Shown one piece after another: positions 19,602 to 29,553 of a stretch of DNA of 64,000 nt (the stretch's first letter is position 1; every line of letters starts with the position of its first letter). Source of the stretch: Deltaproteobacteria bacterium (GTDB lineage Bacteria; Myxococcota_A; Polyangia; Fen-1088); the NCBI GenBank assembly GCA_033763315.1, contig JANRKS010000019.1:448001-512000 (forward strand), in the 5' to 3' direction. Made by a program: the position numbers and the translations under genes. The notes below the pieces were generated by a model. It was given only the letters and a program-made list of their open reading frames with translations. It was not told where the DNA came from and did not search any database.

Positions 19602-20354
19602 ATGTTACGCGCGTCGCTGCTGTGGGTTTTGGGCTTGGCGTTGGCGACGAGCGGTTGTGGTGGCAGCTGGCCTTACTGGCCATGGTCGCCGTCTGACAAG
19701 CCGCTGCACGCGGAGCCGCCGCCCGGCACGTGGCACGTGGTCAAAGAAGGCGAAACGTTGGCCACGCTGTCAGAGAAGGCCGCCGTGCCGGTGGAAGATC
19801 TGCGCGAGATCAATGGCCTTGCGAAAGGCCAAGAGCCCAAAGCCGGGCAGCTGCTGTTCTTGTTGGGCCCCGACAAACACGAACAAACCAAAATCGTGGG
19901 CGCCACCGAGGTCCCCCGCCGCGGGCCCGGCAGCGTCACGAACACCGAGCACCGGCCGCAGGCGCGCGAAGATGGGCGCTTGGCTTGGCCCGTGGCGCGG
20001 CCGCTGGTGTCATCAACGTTTGGTGATCGCTGGGGCCGGCATCACGAGGGCATCGATCTGTCAGCGCCGTTGGGCACCGCTGTGTTCGCGGCCGACGATG
20101 GCGTGGTGATCTACTCAGACAACCTGCTCTCGGGCTACGGCAACATGATCATCATCGAACACCGGGGCGGGCTGCTGACCGCGTACGCGCACAATTCGGT
20201 GTTGATGGCTCAACGAGGCGACAAGGTGCGCCGCGGCCAGCCCATCGCCCGCGTGGGGCAAAGCGGCCGTGCCACGGCGCCTCACCTGCATTTTGAGGTG
20301 CGCCTGGGCGACGAGCCGCGCGATCCAATGCAGTTTCTGCCGCCGCTAAAGTGA
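19602..20354 (+). CDS. LysM plus M23 peptidase-domain lipoprotein (NlpD-like)
   Basis: Lipobox TSGC, LysM (HVVKEGETL), M23 HEGID...YAH...PHLHFE; follows surE. Confidence 0.9.
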   Translation: MLRASLLWVLGLALATSGCGGSWPYWPWSPSDKPLHAEPPPGTWHVVKEGETLATLSEKAAVPVEDLREINGLAKGQEPKAGQLLFLLGPDKHEQTKIVGATEVPRRGPGSVTNTEHRPQAREDGRLAWPVARPLVSSTFGDRWGRHHEGIDLSAPLGTAVFAADDGVVIYSDNLLSGYGNMIIIEHRGGLLTAYAHNSVLMAQRGDKVRRGQPIARVGQSGRATAPHLHFEVRLGDEPRDPMQFLPPLK

Positions 20355-20385
20355 AAAAGGGTGTCGCTTTTTCAAGCGGCACCCT
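20354..20385 (-). terminator. Intrinsic terminator for thrS, convergent with the nlpD-like gene
   Basis: Hairpin AGGGTGTCGCTT..AAGCGGCACCCT flanked by an A-run that reads as U-tract on the minus strand. Confidence 0.6.
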
Positions 20386-20411
20386 CATTCATCAAAGCCT
20401 ATTCTGCTGTT

Positions 20412-22382
20412 TTACTTCGACCAAGGCCCCATCGTGGACACCAGCGTTTCGAGCGACATTTCGCCCAACTCGCCCTTGTCGCGCGAGCGAACGTTGATGC
20501 TGTTGTTGGCTTGTTCTTTTTCGCCAACCACGATCACCAACGGCAGCTTCTGCAAGCTGGCGTCGCGAATTTTGTAACCCACACGATCGTCGCTGAGGTT
20601 CACTTCGGCACGGATGCCTTGGTCCAACAACTTGTTGTGGATCTCGCGCGCGTACCCGATGAACTTTTCGCTGATGGGGATCACCAACGCCTGCACAGGC
20701 GACAGCCATAAGGGGAAGGCGCCCGCGTAGTTTTCGATGATGATGCCCAAGAAGCGCTCAATGCTGCCGTAGCAAGCACGGTGCAACATCACAGGCGTGT
20801 GCTTTTGCCCATCGGCCCCGATGTACGTCAAACCAAAGCGCTGCGGCATCGAGAAATCAAGCTGAATGGTGCCGCATTGCCATGAGCGCTTGAGAACGTC
20901 CCGGATGTGAAAGTCGATCTTCGGCCCATAGAACGCACCGTCGCCGGGGTTCAGCTGGTACTCGACCTGCTTTTCATCCAGGGCTTCTTTGAGCGCCGTC
21001 TCGGCCTTGTTCCACATCTCATCGGTGCCCAAGCTCTTGGCCGGGCGCGTGGACAATTCAAGCCGCACGTCCGTGAGATCAAAGGTGCCATAAACCTCGC
21101 GGAAGAAATCGATGAGCATCGAGATCTCCGACTTGATCTGATCGATCGTACAGAAGTGGTGCGCGTCGTCCTGCGTGAAGGCTTGCACGCGGAACAACCC
21201 GTGCCGTACGCCCGAAAGCTCACGACGGTGTACCAGCCCCATCTCGGCGATGCGCAACGGGAACTGGTTGTGCGAGTGCATGTGCGTTCGGTAGGTGATC
21301 AAGTGGCCCGGGCAGTTCATGGGCTTGACCGCCATCGGCCGATCTTCTTCAACGTTGTCGCGCACCTTTTCCGGGTTGGCCGGATCGCGCAGCTTCAACT
21401 TCGTGAAGAACATGTTCTCAAGGTAATTGTCGTAGTGGCCGGACGTGTGCCACAGCTCCTCGCTCAATACGAGGGGCGTTTTGACCTCCATATAGCCGCG
21501 GCGGCGCAACAGTTTGCGCATGTAATCCGTCAGCGTCGTGAACAGCGTGGTGCCGCGCGGATGGAAAAACGGAAAGCCTGGGGCCTCGTCGTGAAAGCTG
21601 AATAGATCCAGCTTCTCGCCCAAAAGCCTGTGATCGCGCTTCTTTGCTTCTTCAAGGACGTGCAGGTATTCCTTGAGATCGTTCTTATCGAAGAACGCCG
21701 TGCCATACACGCGCGTGAGCTGCTCACGGTTGGCGTCTGCGCGCCAATACGAACCGCCCGTCTTCGTGAGCTTCGTGTTCTTCAGCCACCCCGTGTGCGG
21801 CACGTGCGGACCGCGACACAAATCGATGAAATCGCCGTGCTTGTAGAACGTCAGCTCTTCGCCACGCCCCTTGATGTCGCCGACAATCTCTTGCTTGAAT
21901 TTGTTGTTGCCACCATCAATCGCGCGGTAGCGGGCGAAGTGCTCGTTCGCCTCGTCGTAGCTGGAAACACAGCGCACAAACGGCGCGTTGCCGTCGGCGA
22001 TCTTCTGCATCTCTTCTTCGATGCGGGGCAAATCGTCGGGCGAGATCTTCCCCTCGGGCAAAAAGATGTCGTAGTAAAAGCCGTCTTCGATCACCGGACC
22101 GATCGTCAACTGCGCCTTCGGATAAAGCCGCAAAATGGCATCGGCCATCAAGTGGGCCGCGGAGTGCCGCAGCACTTCCAGGGCTTCGGCGTCGCGCTTG
22201 GTGAGCAAGGCCACCTCGGCGCCATTGGGCAGCGCGCGCTGCAGATCCACCACCGTGCCGTTGACCTTGGCGGCCACGGCGGCCTTGGCCAGGCCTGGTC
22301 CAATGCTGGCAGCCAAATCGGCGGCGCTCGCACCATCGGCCAGATCCCGGGCCGACCCATCGGGAAGTTTCACACTGATCAT
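20412..22382 (-). CDS. thrS: Threonine-tRNA ligase
   Basis: TGS domain, RHSAAHL, DLCRGPH, KPMNCPGH, FTQDDAH, YGPKID and GTIQLDF. Confidence 0.98.
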   Translation of the reverse strand: MISVKLPDGSARDLADGASAADLAASIGPGLAKAAVAAKVNGTVVDLQRALPNGAEVALLTKRDAEALEVLRHSAAHLMADAILRLYPKAQLTIGPVIEDGFYYDIFLPEGKISPDDLPRIEEEMQKIADGNAPFVRCVSSYDEANEHFARYRAIDGGNNKFKQEIVGDIKGRGEELTFYKHGDFIDLCRGPHVPHTGWLKNTKLTKTGGSYWRADANREQLTRVYGTAFFDKNDLKEYLHVLEEAKKRDHRLLGEKLDLFSFHDEAPGFPFFHPRGTTLFTTLTDYMRKLLRRRGYMEVKTPLVLSEELWHTSGHYDNYLENMFFTKLKLRDPANPEKVRDNVEEDRPMAVKPMNCPGHLITYRTHMHSHNQFPLRIAEMGLVHRRELSGVRHGLFRVQAFTQDDAHHFCTIDQIKSEISMLIDFFREVYGTFDLTDVRLELSTRPAKSLGTDEMWNKAETALKEALDEKQVEYQLNPGDGAFYGPKIDFHIRDVLKRSWQCGTIQLDFSMPQRFGLTYIGADGQKHTPVMLHRACYGSIERFLGIIIENYAGAFPLWLSPVQALVIPISEKFIGYAREIHNKLLDQGIRAEVNLSDDRVGYKIRDASLQKLPLVIVVGEKEQANNSINVRSRDKGELGEMSLETLVSTMGPWSK

Positions 22383-22506
22383 GTTTTTCTCCTGTGTGCG
22401 AGACGGATACCCCCGAACTCGCGGTTGTTAAAGGCAGACCGGATACTGCCGGCTGCCGACGTTCAAAATGCCGTGACTTGCCCCAGTCGTCAAGGCACAC
22501 ACGCGG

Positions 22507-22989
22507 CTACGCAGGGGCAGGGGATGTCACATCCCGCTTCACAAGCGCGCCGCCCGCGGTTTCGATAATGAAGGTCACCGGGCCATCGTTGGCCAAAGTG
22601 ACCAGCATATCGGCGCCAAATCGGCCGGTTTGAACATGCACGCCGGCCCCGCGCAGCTGCGACACAAACAGCTCATAAAGCGCATTGGCCCGCTCGGGCG
22701 CTTCTGCGCTGTCGAAGCTCGGTCGGTTGCCCTTATACAGCCGACCCACAAGTGTAAATTGGCTGACGGCCAACACCTCGCCGTTGACGTCCTTGATGGT
22801 GAGGTCCATAGGCGTTTTCCCCGCGAACATGCGCAGCGCCACAAGTTTGCGAACCGTGGCCTCAACGTCGGCTTCCGTGTCGCCCCGAGCCACGCCCACC
22901 AAAACCATCAGACCGTGGCCGATGCGGCCCACCACCTCGTCGCCCACCGTCACCTGGGCGTGCTGCACCCGTTGGACCACGGAAATCAT
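22507..22989 (-). CDS. dtd: D-aminoacyl-tRNA deacylase
   Basis: VVQRV, SQFTL, GNRPSF, FGADM and NDGPVT. Confidence 0.96.
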   Translation of the reverse strand: MISVVQRVQHAQVTVGDEVVGRIGHGLMVLVGVARGDTEADVEATVRKLVALRMFAGKTPMDLTIKDVNGEVLAVSQFTLVGRLYKGNRPSFDSAEAPERANALYELFVSQLRGAGVHVQTGRFGADMLVTLANDGPVTFIIETAGGALVKRDVTSPAPA

Positions 22990-23522
22990 CGCGCGCCCTC
23001 ACGTGGCTGCCCGAACACCTTGCACCACAGGTCATCGGCCGCGCTTTCTAAGCCGGGTTGCAAAGCGGGCAGAGCGCTGAACACGTCTTTGATTCCCTGG
23101 TCGATGAGCTGGCGCATGGGTGCAGGTAGGTCTGGTGGCAATTCATCTTCGTCAAGCACTTCGGGTGAAGCGCCTGGGCGGCACAAAACGTCTAACTCCA
23201 GGTCGTGCCACTGCAACGCATCGGCCGAAATGGTGGTTTCGTGGGCAATGTTGAAATAGTGGGCCAAGGTGGTGCCGGTGGGGGTGAGCCAATGGTAAAC
23301 GTTGTAAAGGCGGTCGCGCCAAAAATGCCCAAAGGTCACGGTGCCCGTGGGCAGGTCAATGTCAGCCACGCGCATGGGGCGGTCGGAAATGAAAAGCACG
23401 GTGACATTTGTTTCGTTACCGTCCAACCGCTGGCACGTAAACACCTTGTGCTGACCTTGCAAGGTAATCTTGGTTTCGACGATCGTGCTGAACGGTTTGG
23501 CGATATCGTGAGACGAAGCCAC
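22986..23522 (-). CDS. DUF402 domain protein
   Basis: YNVY...YFNI...WHDLELDV...VLDEDEL pattern. Confidence 0.75.
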   Translation of the reverse strand: MASSHDIAKPFSTIVETKITLQGQHKVFTCQRLDGNETNVTVLFISDRPMRVADIDLPTGTVTFGHFWRDRLYNVYHWLTPTGTTLAHYFNIAHETTISADALQWHDLELDVLCRPGASPEVLDEDELPPDLPAPMRQLIDQGIKDVFSALPALQPGLESAADDLWCKVFGQPREGAR

Positions 23523-23574
23523 GCCCGCAAGCTAGCAGAGACAGCCGGCCACGAGGGTCGCGAAGGAAACACCC

Positions 23575-24540
23575 ATGGACTCACGCATTAAACGGACACG
23601 ACTGCTGGGCAACCCACCTCCGGCCAGCGAGATCACGCCGGAGGCGGTTTATAAAGCGCGGCGGCAATTCATGGCGGGCGCCGTGGCTGTGGGCCTCACA
23701 GGGGTGCCGGCGCTGGCGCAGGCAGAAGGGGCAGCGAAAACGGCTTCGTTGGGTGGCGTCAAACCAAGCCCCCTGTCGGTGACAGGCGAAGAAACCAGCA
23801 GCTGGGACAACGCCACCACCTACAATAACTTCTATGAATTCGGCACCAGCAAATCGGACCCCGCAGAAAATGCCCACACGCTGAAAACCAAACCATGGAC
23901 GATCGTGTGTGAGGGCGAGCTCAAGAAGCCACAAAGGATCGACATCGACGTGTTGATCAAGATGTTCCCGCTCGAAGAGCGCGTGTCCCGTTTTCGCTGC
24001 GTGGAAGCGTGGTCGATGGTGATTCCCTGGGTGGGCTTCTCGTTGAGCAAGCTGCTGCAAAAGCTTGAACCCAGCTCGCGCGCCAAGTACGTGGCCTTCG
24101 AGACGCTTTACGATCCAGACCACATGCCGGGGCAACATCGTGCGGTGCTCGATTGGCCTTATGTGGAGGGCCTGCGGATCGACGAAGCCATGCATCCGTT
24201 GGCGATGCTCTCGGTGGGCATGTATGGCCGCGTGCTGCCCAATCAAAACGGCGCGCCCCGGCGCTTGAGCGTGCCATGGAAATACGGCTTCAAGAGCATC
24301 AAATCCATCGCGAAGATCAAGCTTGTGGAGCAGCAACCCAAGACGGCCTGGAACGTCAGCAACCCCGGGGAATATGGCTTTTATTCAAACGTGAACCCGC
24401 AAGTGGATCACCCGCGCTGGAGCCAAGCGAAGGAACGTCGGATTGGCGAGTTTTTACGCCGCAAGACGCTGATGTTCAACGGCTACTCAACCCAAGTGGC
24501 CAGCCTGTATACCGGCATGGATTTGCGGAAGAACTACTAG
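23575..24540 (+). CDS. msrP: Protein-methionine-sulfoxide reductase, catalytic subunit
   Basis: EITPE, Tat motif [26 protein letters not shown] and PWKYGFKS. Confidence 0.97.
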   Translation: MDSRIKRTRLLGNPPPASEITPEAVYKARRQFMAGAVAVGLTGVPALAQAEGAAKTASLGGVKPSPLSVTGEETSSWDNATTYNNFYEFGTSKSDPAENAHTLKTKPWTIVCEGELKKPQRIDIDVLIKMFPLEERVSRFRCVEAWSMVIPWVGFSLSKLLQKLEPSSRAKYVAFETLYDPDHMPGQHRAVLDWPYVEGLRIDEAMHPLAMLSVGMYGRVLPNQNGAPRRLSVPWKYGFKSIKSIAKIKLVEQQPKTAWNVSNPGEYGFYSNVNPQVDHPRWSQAKERRIGEFLRRKTLMFNGYSTQVASLYTGMDLRKNY

Positions 24541-24543
24541 GGC

Positions 24544-25152
24544 ATGTCGCGTTCGCAAGTGGTGTGGTTGGGTAGGGCGCTCGCAATTGTTCCGGCGGTG
24601 GTGCTTGGCGCGCAGGCGCTGACGGGCGGCCTTGGCGCCAATCCGATTGAAGCGCTGCTTAACCGATTGGGGTGGTGGACTTTGCTGGTGTTGCTGGCCT
24701 CGCTGGCGATCACGCCGGTGCGAACGATGTTCAAGGTTGGCGTGGTGGCGCCGTGGCGCCGCACATTTGGTTTGGCGGCCTTCTGGTACGGTCTTGCACA
24801 CGTCAGCGTCTACCTCGGCGTCGATAAATTCTTCGACGTCGCCGAAGTGTGGGAAGACGTTGTGAAGCGGCCCTTCATCACCGTGGGCGCCTTCGCTTTT
24901 GTGTTGCTGCTGGTTCTGGCAATCACGTCGACTGCACGTATGGTGAAACGATTGGGAGGCAAACGCTGGCGCGCCGTTCACCGGATGGCTTATGTCGCGG
25001 CGGCGGCGGGGGTGGTGCACTTCATCTGGCGCGTGAAAGCGGATCTGCGAGAGCCTCTCATCTTCGGCAGCGTGCTGGCGATCCTGCTGGCCGTGCGCGT
25101 GGCGCTGTGGCTGCGTAAGCGCACGCCGCTTGGCGCAGCAAAACTAAAGTGA
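24544..25152 (+). CDS. msrQ: Protein-methionine-sulfoxide reductase, heme-binding membrane subunit
   Basis: ANPIE, RRTFGL..F.Y..AH, LAITS, WRAVHR..Y and HF; follows msrP. Confidence 0.93.
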   Translation: MSRSQVVWLGRALAIVPAVVLGAQALTGGLGANPIEALLNRLGWWTLLVLLASLAITPVRTMFKVGVVAPWRRTFGLAAFWYGLAHVSVYLGVDKFFDVAEVWEDVVKRPFITVGAFAFVLLLVLAITSTARMVKRLGGKRWRAVHRMAYVAAAAGVVHFIWRVKADLREPLIFGSVLAILLAVRVALWLRKRTPLGAAKLK

Positions 25153-25223
25153 CCCCGGCGAGGCTCGAACACGCGACCTACGGTTTAGGAAACCGTCGCT
25201 CTATCCAACTGAGCTACGGGGCC
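25150..25223 (-). tRNA. tRNA-Arg(CCT), CCA not encoded
   Basis: Minus strand reads GGCCCCGTAGCTCAGTTGGATAGAGC, anticodon arm ACGGT-TTCCTAA-ACCGT, GTTCGAGC, CGGGGTCA. Confidence 0.95.
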
Positions 25224-25278
25224 GATCAACGGTGACCTTAGGATAGAACACCTGCCTTGTCCACCGCACGCGCTGGCG

Positions 25279-26277
25279 CTACACGCGGTTGCGCAGCATC
25301 AGTTCTTTGGGGTGGGGCTGTAGATACGTTTGGCCCAGCAGATACTCCACGTTGTGCCGTCGGATGTGGTGCTTTAGCAGCGTCAGCGGCACGATCAAAG
25401 GTGATTGGCCGCGGCGGTGATCATCGATGAGCGACATCACCTCGTTGCGATCGTCTGCGTCCAGGTGGGGGCGCAAATAACCCGCCATGTGTTGCATCAC
25501 GTTGGCGTGGCGGCCCGGCGTCGCCCGTTTTTTGAGCGCCGCCATAAACTCGGTTTCGTATCGTTCGCGCAATTGCGCGCGCGGCATCGCCTTAGCGCCT
25601 GCCACCAGTTGCCCCAGGCTTTTATAAGCTTCCGGTGAATGCGCCATCAGCGTCAGTTTGTGCGCCGTGTGAAAAGCCACCAGCGCGCCCACCGTCCAAC
25701 GTTGGGCCCACAAGGCTTTGAGGCGTTTATACGCAAACAGCCGTTCGATGAAATTCTCGCGCAGCGCCGGATCTTCAAGGCGACCTTCTTCTTCGACCGG
25801 CAGATTCGGAAAACGAGAGAGCAGGGCGGCCGCAAATAAGCCGACGCCGTCTTTGCTTGGTTGGCTCGGCTCACCGTTGTCACCCGCAGGCGGGTAAAGC
25901 TTCACCCGCTCCATACCGCAGCTGGGGGACGCCTTTTTCAGGACGTAACCGTCCAAATCTTCGTCATCGAGGTCGGCCGTGCGTTTGTGGGCGAAGCGCT
26001 CCATGCGCGCGGTCCAGTCTTCGCCGCTGTCGGGAGCGATCATCAGCGTCTTGCCCGCTTTGTTACGCACAAGCCGAACGGTGGGGCGTGGAATCGACAT
26101 GCCCGCCTCAATCTCAGGGCACACCGCCACCCATTGCACATAGGGCCCAAGCACATCCACCAAGAACCCGTCGCGTTTGTGCTGGCCGTCGAAACGCACC
26201 TTGGCTCCCAACAGGCACATCGAAACGCCGACGCGTAAGGCATCCACGCCCGGCTCTGGTTTGTCGCCTTGCCCCAT
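25279..26277 (-). CDS. YbgA-like DUF523 (thiouracil desulfidase-type) plus DUF1722 protein
   Basis: GVSMCLLG..VRFDG, VCPE, SPSCG, EEEGRL...RENF, HKLTLMAH and QTYLQPHP. Confidence 0.88.
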   Translation of the reverse strand: MGQGDKPEPGVDALRVGVSMCLLGAKVRFDGQHKRDGFLVDVLGPYVQWVAVCPEIEAGMSIPRPTVRLVRNKAGKTLMIAPDSGEDWTARMERFAHKRTADLDDEDLDGYVLKKASPSCGMERVKLYPPAGDNGEPSQPSKDGVGLFAAALLSRFPNLPVEEEGRLEDPALRENFIERLFAYKRLKALWAQRWTVGALVAFHTAHKLTLMAHSPEAYKSLGQLVAGAKAMPRAQLRERYETEFMAALKKRATPGRHANVMQHMAGYLRPHLDADDRNEVMSLIDDHRRGQSPLIVPLTLLKHHIRRHNVEYLLGQTYLQPHPKELMLRNRV

Positions 26278-26326
26278 GGAACAACAATGGCCGAGATCTG
26301 GAGGCCCTGCTACTTTCCGCGTGCCC

Positions 26327-27349
26327 ATGCCCGATTCACCGCCTGCCTCTGGTCCGCCGCCCTCCAACCAAAAAGGCGGGGAAAGCGTGCAGACAGGCGG
26401 CGGTTTGCCGATCCGGGCGCGCACCGTCTCGTTCGTGGCCGCACCCGACGACGTGGGACAGCGCCTCGATCAATTATTGGCCAAGCGCATTGAGGGTTTG
26501 TCGCGGCGCCAGGCCCGCACGCTGTTGGATTTGGGCGGCGTGTTCGTGAACAAGGTGCGGACCAAGTTTGCGGCGCGGCCCACGCAAGCGGGCGATGAGG
26601 TCACGGCTTACATCGGCGGGGCGCTGTCGCGCGCGAAGAACCAGGTGGGAACGGCGGCGCGTGAGGAAGATGCCGCCAAGCTGCCGGCTTACGAAGTGAT
26701 GTTTGAAGACGAGGACATCGTGGTGGTGAACAAGCCCGCGGGTCTTCTCACCGCGCCCACGCCCGAAAGTGACCGCAACAATTTGGCCGATCTGTTGTCC
26801 CGCCGGGGACCACGGCGTTCGCGCCTGTTTGTGGTTCACCGGTTAGATCTGCAAACGAGCGGCGTGCTGGTGTTTGCCAAATCGCCCTGGGCAAATCGCG
26901 TGTTGTCAGAGCGTTTTGCCGTACACGACATGTTCCGCGAATACTTGGCGGTCGTGGCGGGCGCCTTCCCCGGTGACGTGGCCACAATTGATCGTCCGGT
27001 CGGGGGCAAGCGGGCGGTGACGCACGTTGAAGTGGCGGAGCGGCTGGGTGAACTGGCCTCGGTGTTGCGCCTGCGTCTGGAGACCGGCCGCACCCACCAG
27101 ATCCGGCTGCATGTGCGCTCCCTTGGGTGCCAGGTGCTGGGGGATCCCGACGTGCCCAAGGTCAAGGGCCTGCCCGTTCCGCCCCGCATGGCTCTTCATG
27201 CAGCGCGTCTCGAATTTGCGCACCCCGTAACGCGGGAAGCCCTGGCCTACGAGGCGCCTGTGCCTGTGGAGCTTGGGAACTACATTACGAAGCTGCGGGC
27301 AGGTGCCGCCGAACCGTCTGGGCCATCTGTTGGCCCGGAAGGGGAATAA
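26327..27349 (+). CDS. RluA-family pseudouridine synthase with S4 domain
   Basis: QRLDQLL, VVNKPAG, catalytic HRLD, TGRTHQIR and LHA. Confidence 0.92.
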   Translation: MPDSPPASGPPPSNQKGGESVQTGGGLPIRARTVSFVAAPDDVGQRLDQLLAKRIEGLSRRQARTLLDLGGVFVNKVRTKFAARPTQAGDEVTAYIGGALSRAKNQVGTAAREEDAAKLPAYEVMFEDEDIVVVNKPAGLLTAPTPESDRNNLADLLSRRGPRRSRLFVVHRLDLQTSGVLVFAKSPWANRVLSERFAVHDMFREYLAVVAGAFPGDVATIDRPVGGKRAVTHVEVAERLGELASVLRLRLETGRTHQIRLHVRSLGCQVLGDPDVPKVKGLPVPPRMALHAARLEFAHPVTREALAYEAPVPVELGNYITKLRAGAAEPSGPSVGPEGE

Positions 27350-27497
27350 AGAACTTCGGATTGCACTTTATGTGCGACCAAATGGTGTCGTTGGCTATCT
27401 TACTCTCCACTAGTTTTGGTCTAACCACTAAGGCCCAAGATATGGAATACGAAAGCTCAGCATCGTTGTGCGCGCGCCGGTGGGACGGGGGGATTCG

Positions 27498-28373
27498 GTG
27501 AATCGAGATACTTATGTGGCAATCGGACTGATGGTGTTCCTGGGCACGTCAGTCTTGGCATACTTAGGAAGGTTGATCATGCGCGGCCGGGCCCGTGTGG
27601 ATCGGCTGAACCAAGACGGCGGCAGCGCCATGCTCTCCGTGCCGATCATGGAGTTGGGTTACTGGGTGCTGCGGCCGGTTGTGAAGCTGCTCGATCGAGC
27701 CGGAGCCACACCCAACGCGGTGACCCTTTTTGCGGTGGTTCCTGCGTGCTTCGCCGCGGTGGCGGGCGGTTTTGGAGCCTTCGCGACCGTGTGCCTCCTG
27801 GGGATGACTTCTGCCTTTTGCGATGCGCTTGATGGCATGTTGGCCAAGTACCAGGGGGTGTCGTCGCGTTCGGGTCAGGCGCTTGATTCAGTCTTGGACC
27901 GCGTCACAGAATCGGTGATTCTCATTGGGTTGGCGGTCTACTTCCGGGGATCCGTCTCGCTGTTGTTGGTCGCCTTGTTGGCGCTGTTCGGTGGCTATAT
28001 GACCAGCTACGTCTCAGCGAAGGCCGAGGTGATGAAGGTGGCTATCCCGCGAGGGCAAATGCGCCGCCCCGAGCGTGCCGTTTACTTGATGAGTGGGTGT
28101 GCCTTCACGCCTTTGTGGGCCTTGCTGATGCCATCCGCCGCACATCCTGCGTTGCGCTTCCTGCCTGTGGTTGTGGCCATGGCTTTGATCGGCGTCATCG
28201 CCACCTGGTCGGCGCTTGCGCGCTTGCATGCGCTTGTCGTCGGCGCCGCTTTGCCGCTTGAGGCAGCGGACGCGGCCGCAGACCGCGCGCCCCGCGCCGC
28301 CACGCAAGAGCTGACGCCCATCCCGGTCACCCCAGAAGCCTTCGCGCCCGCAAAGTCCCGGGGTGTGGCGTAA
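27498..28373 (+). CDS. CDP-alcohol phosphatidyltransferase
   Basis: TPNAVT and DALDGMLAK...SGQALDSVLDR signature. Confidence 0.9.
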   Translation: MNRDTYVAIGLMVFLGTSVLAYLGRLIMRGRARVDRLNQDGGSAMLSVPIMELGYWVLRPVVKLLDRAGATPNAVTLFAVVPACFAAVAGGFGAFATVCLLGMTSAFCDALDGMLAKYQGVSSRSGQALDSVLDRVTESVILIGLAVYFRGSVSLLLVALLALFGGYMTSYVSAKAEVMKVAIPRGQMRRPERAVYLMSGCAFTPLWALLMPSAAHPALRFLPVVVAMALIGVIATWSALARLHALVVGAALPLEAADAAADRAPRAATQELTPIPVTPEAFAPAKSRGVA

Positions 28374-28379
28374 CCGCGC

Positions 28380-29540
<1,161 letters not shown>

Positions 29541-29553
29541 GGGGTGTCTTTCG

